The notes under the pieces were generated by a model, which was not told the origin of the DNA, did not search any database, and worked only from the letters and a program-made list of their open reading frames with translations. Shown piece by piece: positions 16,798 to 24,064 of a DNA stretch of 32,000 bases (its first letter is position 1; each line of letters begins with the position of its first letter). The position numbers and the translations under genes were made by a program. Source of the stretch: Acaryochloris marina S15 (GTDB lineage Bacteria > Cyanobacteriota > Cyanobacteriia > Thermosynechococcales > Thermosynechococcaceae); contig NZ_CP064923.1 in the NCBI RefSeq assembly GCF_018336915.1, positions 2,310,001-2,342,000 of the forward strand, written 5' to 3'.

Positions 16798-17739
16798 ATG
16801 CAGAACTTCCGCAATTACTACGACATTCTTAAGGTGTCTAAAGAGGCACCCACGGAAGAGATTAAGCGTTCCTATCGAAAATTAGCCCGACAATATCATC
16901 CAGATTTGAATCCGGGCGATAAAGCGGCGGAAGAGCAGTTTAAAACCATCAGTGAAGCCTACGATGTGTTGTCGGATGCCGAGAAGCGATCCAAGTATGA
17001 TCAGTTCGGTCAATATTGGCAACAGCAGGGATTTCAGAAGTCGAGTAGTCCCCAATCGGCTAAGAAATGGGGAGGGCAAACCAATCCCTTTGCCTCTGAT
17101 AAGGTTGATTTCAGTGAGTTTGCAGATTTCCAAGAGTTTTTGGATCAGCTTTTAGAACGACCCTATGGCAAGAAAAGCAATGCTCGCAAGCAAACGAGAA
17201 ATAAGCCTAAAGCTTCTGCGGTTGGCCAGCGAGATGCCGAAGCACGGCTGACTTTGCCCCTGGAAAAGGCCTATGCGGGGGGCAGAGAGCGCATTCGTTT
17301 GGAAGATGGACGCTCCCTAGAAGTGTCGATGCCCATGGGGATGGTCTCGGGCCAGCGCATTCGTCTGAAAGGTCAGGGAACCTCAGGGGGTGATCTTTAT
17401 CTCAAAATTGATGTTTCCCCCCATGCCTTCTACCGCTTAGAAGGGAACGATATTGTTTGCGAATTACCGATTACCTGTGCAGAAGCCATCTTGGGAGGGC
17501 AAATCGAAGCCCCAACCCTAGATGGATGGGTTAAGGTATCGATACCGAGTGGAGTGCGCTCCGGCCAGCGACTTCGGTTAGGTGGAAAAGGGTACCCTGC
17601 TTCGAATGGAAAAAGAGGCGATCAATTAGTTGAGATTCGCATCGAATCTCCTAAAAATATTAGCTCTCGAGAGCGAGAACTCTACGAACAAATTCGCCAA
17701 ATTGAAACCTATAAGCCACGAGCAGATTTACCGATCTAA
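16798..17739 (+). CDS. J-domain co-chaperone with DnaJ C-terminal domains but no Zn-finger (CbpA/DnaJ3-like)
   Basis: The J-domain reads YYDILKVSKEAPTEEIKRSYRKLARQYHPDLNPGD and includes the HPD motif. No CxxCxGxG repeats are present. The C-terminal region is DnaJ_C-like (GQRIRLKGQG..., GQRLRLGGKG). The gene starts 49 bp downstream of dnaK. Confidence 0.9.
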   Translation: MQNFRNYYDILKVSKEAPTEEIKRSYRKLARQYHPDLNPGDKAAEEQFKTISEAYDVLSDAEKRSKYDQFGQYWQQQGFQKSSSPQSAKKWGGQTNPFASDKVDFSEFADFQEFLDQLLERPYGKKSNARKQTRNKPKASAVGQRDAEARLTLPLEKAYAGGRERIRLEDGRSLEVSMPMGMVSGQRIRLKGQGTSGGDLYLKIDVSPHAFYRLEGNDIVCELPITCAEAILGGQIEAPTLDGWVKVSIPSGVRSGQRLRLGGKGYPASNGKRGDQLVEIRIESPKNISSRERELYEQIRQIETYKPRADLPI

Positions 17740-17874
17740 TAGTAGTTTTAGGTGATGCTTTAACGCCTAGTGCTTGAGCTTAGATTAAATTGCTATTCTC
17801 ACAAAAATATCGGGAACAATAGTCAAGTAATCATAAAACTTGGATTATTGGCGTTATTTTGAGTTAGCTTCATT

Positions 17875-18453
17875 ATGCTAATTGTGCAGATTCTTTTAGC
17901 CCTGATTTTGCTGCTTCCGTTGGTTTTGGGAGGAGTCGTATGGTTTTTCTTTAATAATCTAGTCGCTAAGAAAAATCAAGTCGATCAGGCGTTTTCCAGT
18001 GTTGATGTATTGCTGAAAAAACGCTGTGACGTTATTCCCAATTTGGTGTCAATTGCCAAAACCTATATGGAGTTTGAAGAACGAACTCTGGTGAAAGTAA
18101 CGCAACTGCGATCGCAAGTGATGAAAGGCCAGGGGTCTACGGAAGACCGGGTCCAGCTCGAGAACCAACTCTCAGGTGCTTTAGCTAATGTCCTGGCCTT
18201 AACCGAGAACTATCCTGATCTGAAAACAGATGGACAGTTTGTTCAACTTCAAGGGTCCCTGAATGAGGTCGAGGAACAGCTGTCTGCTGCTCGTCGCTTC
18301 TATAACAGAGCTGTAACGGACTACAACAACAGTATCGAAATGTTCCCGAGCAACTTAATCGCCACATGGCGTCGGGATGAAGCTAAATCCTTGTTTGAAG
18401 CAACCGCTCAAGATCGACGGGCTATTGATGTCCGCAACCTCCTTCAAAATTAA
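17875..18453 (+). CDS. lemA: LemA family membrane protein
   Basis: An N-terminal TM helix is followed by the family pattern ALTENYPDLKTDGQFVQLQGSLNEVEEQLSAARRFYNRAVTDYNNSIEMFPSNLIA. Confidence 0.85.
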   Translation: MLIVQILLALILLLPLVLGGVVWFFFNNLVAKKNQVDQAFSSVDVLLKKRCDVIPNLVSIAKTYMEFEERTLVKVTQLRSQVMKGQGSTEDRVQLENQLSGALANVLALTENYPDLKTDGQFVQLQGSLNEVEEQLSAARRFYNRAVTDYNNSIEMFPSNLIATWRRDEAKSLFEATAQDRRAIDVRNLLQN

Positions 18454-18456
18454 ATC

Positions 18457-20505
18457 ATGACTCCTTTCAAAGAATATCGTTCAGGGTTACTCGCCCTAGA
18501 AAAACAGGATTATCCTGAAGCTGTTCAGCGTTTAGAAAACTATTATCAAGCCAACCCTAAACCGGGATCTTTAGAACATTATCAAGCCTGTAAAGCCCTA
18601 GTCAAAGCCTATGACCAGGTGAATGAGCTTGATAAAGCCCTGGCCATTTGTCAGGAATTGACGGAATGCGAAAAGCCCAATATTCGCTCTTGGGCAAAAC
18701 GTTGGCAAGACAAACTATCGAATAAAGCCGCAGCCATTGCCGAAGAAGCTTTAGCAGCCAGTACTGAAGAAGAAGTCAATACTGCACCAGCAGATGGACC
18801 CATACCTGAACCTAGTGCAGCTCCCTTGTCTCTAACTGATGCAAATCAGCTCCTCTCCGAAGGCCGTGAAGCCCTCCGAAGCCAACAGTTTAGCCAGGCG
18901 ATTCATGCCCTAGAGCAGTTTCGCCAGGGTGGAGATGCTTCCCATCCGGATTTTTACCAAGCCCAAATGTGGTTGGCTACCGCTTATCAAAAAGCGGGTC
19001 AACTCGAACAGGCAAAATCCCTAGGAACAATACTGGCCAATAATCCAGCCACTCAAGCCTGGGCAGAAAAATTTATCCAAAGCCTTAGCCTCTTGGTTGC
19101 GACTGAAGTGGTTACAGGAATGCAAGCTGCCGCCAAAGCCGATAGTGTCTCTGCTGCATCATCTCAAGGGTCGCCAGAAAAACCTTTCTTTAAGCATCGC
19201 ACCTTAGCAGAGTTCAAAGATTATTGTCGACAAAACTTAGTGGAAGATCTGAAGGAGTATGAGACCAAGCGGCAGTCGGCCCTGAAAGCTTTAGCTATTG
19301 TTGGTGCCATCCTTCTAATTATCTTGATTTTGATTCTGACTCAGGTTCCGCAAGTGTTTCAGTCTCTTCCACTTTTTCCTATCCCTACAGAGGGTGAGTG
19401 TATCCGAGACATGATCACTTCTGGTCTGGGTCAAAAGTTGAGCAATGCTGACGATGGCACTGCAGAACAGCTGTTTTTTGACTTCATCTTAAAGTGCCAA
19501 GAACCTAGATTCTCCTTCCCAAATTTTCGGTCGCTATTATTGGTCGCTACATTTTTTCTATTTGGCATAATTGGCTGTTTATGGAGTTGGGCTATTTTCT
19601 ATAGCGTTCAAACGGAGATGTATGAACGTGGGTTTAAAACCAAAATCATTGAGAAAGTGATTCGTTACATCAACAACGATCAAGGCCTAAGCTATGCTGC
19701 CTATGGAGATAATTCCCTCACTAGGATGGCGATCCTGAGAAGTCGACTATTTCCTGCTCTGAACTCCACATTTCACCTTCAACAAGATGATTGTGTGTAT
19801 GGCAATATCGGTCCGGCTAATGTTTACTTCTCAGAGGTCGTGGCTGAGCATGAAATCTATCACGCATTCATCCCTAAGATGATGCCTTTTTTACTGAGAC
19901 GTTCAAGAGGGTTTCTCACGTTTATTAAATTACCTATTTTAGTGCTGGTTTTGATGTTTAGCTTTTTGAAAGCCTCGCCTTTTATCGTGATCAGGATGTT
20001 CAAAGGCCAACGCTTTGATTACGACAGCTTCAAAGACCAAGTGGGGAATCAGGTGACTCGACGGCAGGTGTTTAAAGGACTGTTTTTTCGATCTGAGTTT
20101 AATAAGAGTTTTCAGGGTGAGACCGTTGTTTTCACAGGCTCATTAGCCTCGAAACTCAAGCAATTGAATCGATCTGGACAACTCGTTAAGCTAGAAGACC
20201 CAGAATTTGACCAGCTGTATACCGTATACAGTGACGATCAAGTTGAGGCCCGATATATTCTATCGACGAGCCTAATGGAACGCCTCGTGAAGTTTAGAAA
20301 AAAAGCCCAGCGTCCCGTCTCTATATCCTTCTCAGAGAATCAGATCTTTATTGCCATCCATCATGACCGAGATTTGTTTGAGGCTCAGCTATTCAAAACG
20401 ATGCTGAGTTTCAGACCGATGCAAGATTACTTTGATAACTTCCAGCTCATGTTAGGAATTATCCAAGATCTCAACCTTAATCGCCGGATTTGGACTCGTC
20501 AGTAG
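18457..20505 (+). CDS. TPR-like N-terminal domain fused to a DUF3137-type membrane protein
   Basis: The gene starts 3 nt after the lemA stop. Two TPR-like blocks occur (EKQDYPEAVQRLENYY..., QQFSQAIHALEQF...AYQKAGQLEQA). TM helices are followed by YGNIGPANVYFSEV...FKGLFFRSEFNKSFQGETVV, which matches my recollection of DUF3137. Confidence 0.65.
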   Translation: MTPFKEYRSGLLALEKQDYPEAVQRLENYYQANPKPGSLEHYQACKALVKAYDQVNELDKALAICQELTECEKPNIRSWAKRWQDKLSNKAAAIAEEALAASTEEEVNTAPADGPIPEPSAAPLSLTDANQLLSEGREALRSQQFSQAIHALEQFRQGGDASHPDFYQAQMWLATAYQKAGQLEQAKSLGTILANNPATQAWAEKFIQSLSLLVATEVVTGMQAAAKADSVSAASSQGSPEKPFFKHRTLAEFKDYCRQNLVEDLKEYETKRQSALKALAIVGAILLIILILILTQVPQVFQSLPLFPIPTEGECIRDMITSGLGQKLSNADDGTAEQLFFDFILKCQEPRFSFPNFRSLLLVATFFLFGIIGCLWSWAIFYSVQTEMYERGFKTKIIEKVIRYINNDQGLSYAAYGDNSLTRMAILRSRLFPALNSTFHLQQDDCVYGNIGPANVYFSEVVAEHEIYHAFIPKMMPFLLRRSRGFLTFIKLPILVLVLMFSFLKASPFIVIRMFKGQRFDYDSFKDQVGNQVTRRQVFKGLFFRSEFNKSFQGETVVFTGSLASKLKQLNRSGQLVKLEDPEFDQLYTVYSDDQVEARYILSTSLMERLVKFRKKAQRPVSISFSENQIFIAIHHDRDLFEAQLFKTMLSFRPMQDYFDNFQLMLGIIQDLNLNRRIWTRQ

Positions 20506-20596
20506 GGACACTAGCAGAACTGTGACCCTCCATGAACGGAGTTATTTCAAGTTCTGTGTGAAATCCAGTCTGAGATAGAACAAATCCAGCCAGACT

Positions 20597-21751
20597 TTAG
20601 GAGGGGACCCGTAAGTTAGACCGATGTTGAAGGGCCGCTTTATTCCTGGCTTTTAAGGGCCTAACCGCTAGCAGTTTTGTAATCTCCTTGATATCAGCAT
20701 TTTTCTGGCGGTAGATTTTTAATTCCACATCCGTGGCGTTGAGCTGAGATTTATATCGTCTCTCAATGGCTTTGAGCTGAGCAGCATAATGTTGTTTTGC
20801 TTGAGCTTCTATCGCCTCATGATTCGCATCAACAGGGACTTCCAATCGAACCGTAAAAGCGCCTCCGCTTTTCTTCTCAATGGCCTGAATATTGATGTCA
20901 CACTGTTCAAATTCACTGGTAAGAGTTTGATAAGCAGCGACAAAGGCTAGCCAATCGATACCGTGTAAAAAGAGTAAGTCAATCGTCCCTAAGGGCTTTT
21001 GAATCAGGTTGATAAACTCACCTGAGATAAAATCGCCGGCTAGGGGATGACGATCCCGTTGGGAAGACTTGAGGTAAATATAGGCACAGTCAACTTCATC
21101 AAATTTGGTTTCATTACTGATCTTCCAGTTTTCAATACTGGCCCCGGTAAAGGTGGCTCCGGTGAAGTCAGACGAAAGTGCGATCGCATAATCTAACGAC
21201 GAGTATCGCAAATCGGCCCCGCGCAGATCCGTCCACCGCAAATCTGTTTCATACAGGTTAGCTCCCCGCATATCGGCCCAGCGGAGTTCTGTCCAACTGC
21301 AATCTGCCTTTCTCAGAATCGAACGGCAGAGGGTCGCCCCACTCAGGGTCGCTCCCCGAAGGTTGGCTTGGGTCAGTCTGGCAAAGCTGAGATCGGCCCA
21401 GCGCATAGTTGCCCCTCGCAGTTTGGCATAGCTCAGGTCCACCTGTTCCAGGGTCGTGCCACTCAAATCGGCACCCCATAAATAGGCACCCCTTAAGGTA
21501 GCTCGACTCAAATCCGACCAACGCATAAAGGCTCGGCTGAGATTAGCGCCAATCAGGTGAGCATGTCTGAGTTCTGTACCACTGAGATCCGCACCGCTGA
21601 GATCCGCTCGACTGAAATTGATCTTGCTGAGGTTTTTCCCATTCAGGTTGGCCAACTGCAGATCAGGACGAATATTAGGGTTGGCATCTCTCCACTGATT
21701 CCAGGCTTTAACGCCTTGGTTCAGTATGTTTAGATGCTCACGACTCGCCAT
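20597..21751 (-). CDS. Cytoplasmic pentapeptide-repeat protein with an uncharacterised ~170-aa C-terminal domain and coiled coil
   Basis: The track start at 21763 is TTG. I use ATG 21751, preceded by GGAG (MASREHLNILNQGVKAWNQWRDANPNIRPDL). Pentapeptide runs follow. The non-repeat tail is CAYIYLKSS...GIDWLAFVAAYQTL...IQAIEKKSGGAFTVRLEV... Confidence 0.85.
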   Translation of the reverse strand: MASREHLNILNQGVKAWNQWRDANPNIRPDLQLANLNGKNLSKINFSRADLSGADLSGTELRHAHLIGANLSRAFMRWSDLSRATLRGAYLWGADLSGTTLEQVDLSYAKLRGATMRWADLSFARLTQANLRGATLSGATLCRSILRKADCSWTELRWADMRGANLYETDLRWTDLRGADLRYSSLDYAIALSSDFTGATFTGASIENWKISNETKFDEVDCAYIYLKSSQRDRHPLAGDFISGEFINLIQKPLGTIDLLFLHGIDWLAFVAAYQTLTSEFEQCDINIQAIEKKSGGAFTVRLEVPVDANHEAIEAQAKQHYAAQLKAIERRYKSQLNATDVELKIYRQKNADIKEITKLLAVRPLKARNKAALQHRSNLRVPS

Positions 21752-21870
21752 GCTCGACTCCAAAATCCCCTAACATCTCCACTAAAATAACTCTGAAAAA
21801 AGTTTTTCGCCGCATTTCTGTAAATATGAGCAAAAGATTTTGCTAAATCCCTCTATTCAAAGGGAAAGCA

Positions 21871-21898
21871 TTGACAATCCCTGAATTATGTGTAAGAT
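21871..21898 (+). promoter_or_regulatory. Candidate sigma-70-type promoter for 21929..22381
   Basis: TTGACA (21871..21876) is separated by a 16-nt spacer from TAAGAT (21893..21898), about 30 nt upstream of the ATG. This is pattern match only. Confidence 0.35.
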
Positions 21899-21928
21899 GT
21901 CTTCAACGTCTATGGGTAGGGCTAGTTC

Positions 21929-22381
21929 ATGGCTGATCAGAGTGGTGAATGGTTATCGGTTGTCGTCAATAATGGATTTCACCTACTGAAGCAATTTACC
22001 GAAGGCATGAGCTTACCGCGATGGTTAGCACCCCTAAGTATGGTTGGGGTGTTGTCCACCTTAGATAAGCTGCTGCCTTCAATGCAAAAAGGATCTTTTT
22101 TGGCAGGTCTGGGTAGCTATCTGCTCATCGGAATTCTGATCGTAAACTTGTTGGCTTTGTCCCTCTTTTTGTATTTGCCCGGTAGATTAGTCACCTCGAC
22201 AACCCCTGCAGTGGCTCAGTCTGGCCGAACTCTGTTGAAACTTTTACTGATGGGCTGTTTAGTTGTGGTGAAAAACGTAGTGATCCATAGCTTGAAATTG
22301 GCATTTGATCTGACAGTGCTGCTAATTGCTGCCTTGACCTATCCCCCTCGCGAGGCTAGCCAAATTGCAGCCCACTGTTAA
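21929..22381 (+). CDS. Hypothetical small membrane protein (about three hydrophobic segments)
   Basis: This is an ATG ORF with hydrophobic stretches FLAGLGSYLLIGILIVNLLALSLFLYL and LLLMGCLVVV. I recognise no family. Confidence 0.55.
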   Translation: MADQSGEWLSVVVNNGFHLLKQFTEGMSLPRWLAPLSMVGVLSTLDKLLPSMQKGSFLAGLGSYLLIGILIVNLLALSLFLYLPGRLVTSTTPAVAQSGRTLLKLLLMGCLVVVKNVVIHSLKLAFDLTVLLIAALTYPPREASQIAAHC

Positions 22382-22411
22382 TACCAGTTTGTTGATCATT
22401 GGTTCGTTGAT

Positions 22412-23872
22412 CTAAAAACTGTCAAGAAAGGCTGCGGATACCTGCAAATGCTGATCTAGCTTGTCACCCATGCGATCCAGGTGGCTGACCGTCATCCGCG
22501 TGCGAGGATTGCGCCCAAATAACGATCGATGTTGGTTCATAAAGCGCCAATATAAGCCGTCCCAGAGGACACTCCAGTCTCCCTGCTTGAAATAACTCAT
22601 TTTGCGCAGGTAGTTGGAAGAGCTGACATAGGGTTTCGTAATCATTAGGCCCCCGTCGGCATACTGGCCCATGCCATACACATTAGGAACCATCACCCAA
22701 TCAAAGGCATCGATAAACAGCGATGAAAACCAGCGATAAACCTGATCTGGGGCGAATTCGCAGAGCAAGAATAGGTTACTAAACACCATCAATCGTTCAA
22801 TGTGGTTGGCATAGCTACTGTCTAATACCCGCTGCATTGCCGTATCAAAGGGGAGGATGCCCGTGTTGGCGTCCCAAAATAGTTTAGGGATAGGTCGATG
22901 GTGTTGGAAAAAATTAGTGGTTCTTTGGATTCGTCCTTTCAGAAGGTAGACGCCGCGGACATATTCCCGCCAGCCAATCACTTGCCGAATAAACCCTTCC
23001 AGCGAGTTGAGAGGAATGGGGCGATCTGCATGCCTATCTAATGTGGCTTGAACGATTTCTTGTGGATGTAATAAACCAATATTCAGGGCAGGGGTCAAAA
23101 CCGAGTGAAATAAGTAGGATTGGTCGGCATCGATAGCATCTTGGTAAGCACCATACTGGTCAATACGGGTTTCTAAAAATTGGTTGAGGAAATGAAGAGC
23201 ACTGGCGTGGTCAATCGGATAGGCAAAACCATGACTACTGCCTGGATTCTGGGCAAAGTGTTGCTGGGTGTAGGCAACCGCTTCTTTGACATAGGTATTG
23301 GCAGCAGGCCACTGAATAGAAGGAAGCTCAATTTTTTTAGGCAGGCGCTTACGATTGTCCGCATCGAAGCTCCATTTGCCCCCCACTGGACCCTCGCCAT
23401 CCAGTAGAATCCCTAATCGTTGACGTTGTTTGATATAGAAGGAATTCATCCGTAAGGACTTATTGGCAGGCAATAGGGATTCTAATTCTGAGGTTTGGGT
23501 TAAGAAGTTGGGGGTTGGATGCCAAACCAGTTGGATGTCGAATGTCTGCGCTGCTTTAGTAATTCGTTGCGTTAACCAGTCATCGGTGACTTCGCAGATA
23601 TGGGCACAGCCAATGCCTTGGCTATGGAGAATAGAAAAAACGGTGGAGGAAGAGTCGAGTTTACTACTTTCTAAATACTGGACTGTATGGCCTTGCTCTC
23701 GCAATTGATCCGCATAGCTCTGCATTGAAGCTCGATGCAGAATAATCTTCTTTTTGTGAAAGGGGTATTGGCGAAAAAAGAGCGGCTCTTCGATTAAGAA
23801 GGGGATGCGTTCTGGTGAGGCAGCAGGATGATTTTCATACAACTGATGGGGGTAAATGAGGGTTGACTCCAT
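22412..23872 (-). CDS. Cryptochrome/photolyase-related protein (COG3046 / bacterial (6-4)-photolyase-like clade)
   Basis: EGFIRQVIGWREYVRGVY, NHIERLM, FDWVMVPNVYGM and GGKWSFDADNR match my recollection of PhrB/CryB-type proteins. The track start at 24070 is TTG and would overlap the divergent M48 gene. ATG 23872 (MESTLIYPHQL) matches the family N-terminus. Confidence 0.8.
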   Translation of the reverse strand: MESTLIYPHQLYENHPAASPERIPFLIEEPLFFRQYPFHKKKIILHRASMQSYADQLREQGHTVQYLESSKLDSSSTVFSILHSQGIGCAHICEVTDDWLTQRITKAAQTFDIQLVWHPTPNFLTQTSELESLLPANKSLRMNSFYIKQRQRLGILLDGEGPVGGKWSFDADNRKRLPKKIELPSIQWPAANTYVKEAVAYTQQHFAQNPGSSHGFAYPIDHASALHFLNQFLETRIDQYGAYQDAIDADQSYLFHSVLTPALNIGLLHPQEIVQATLDRHADRPIPLNSLEGFIRQVIGWREYVRGVYLLKGRIQRTTNFFQHHRPIPKLFWDANTGILPFDTAMQRVLDSSYANHIERLMVFSNLFLLCEFAPDQVYRWFSSLFIDAFDWVMVPNVYGMGQYADGGLMITKPYVSSSNYLRKMSYFKQGDWSVLWDGLYWRFMNQHRSLFGRNPRTRMTVSHLDRMGDKLDQHLQVSAAFLDSF

Positions 23873-24064
23873 GAGCCTTATCTTCTGTCTTGGCAACAGT
23901 TCCCTATCATACAAATTCTTGTCAGGACTGCCGAGGAAATTGAAGTGTGGGCATGGATTGAGTTCACCTGACCATTGAATGACCACTTGAAACATTGAGC
24001 CCAAATCTCCAAGTTCTTCTGCTGGGCATACTTTAGGTAGAAAGAAGGTCAATTTTTTGTAGCT

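Noticed and set aside
20515-20565. Possible bidirectional terminator between the convergent genes ending at 20505 and 20597
   Set aside because: I found only a 7-bp stem (cagaact paired with agttctg) with a ~35-nt loop and no flanking T or A runs. This is not convincing.
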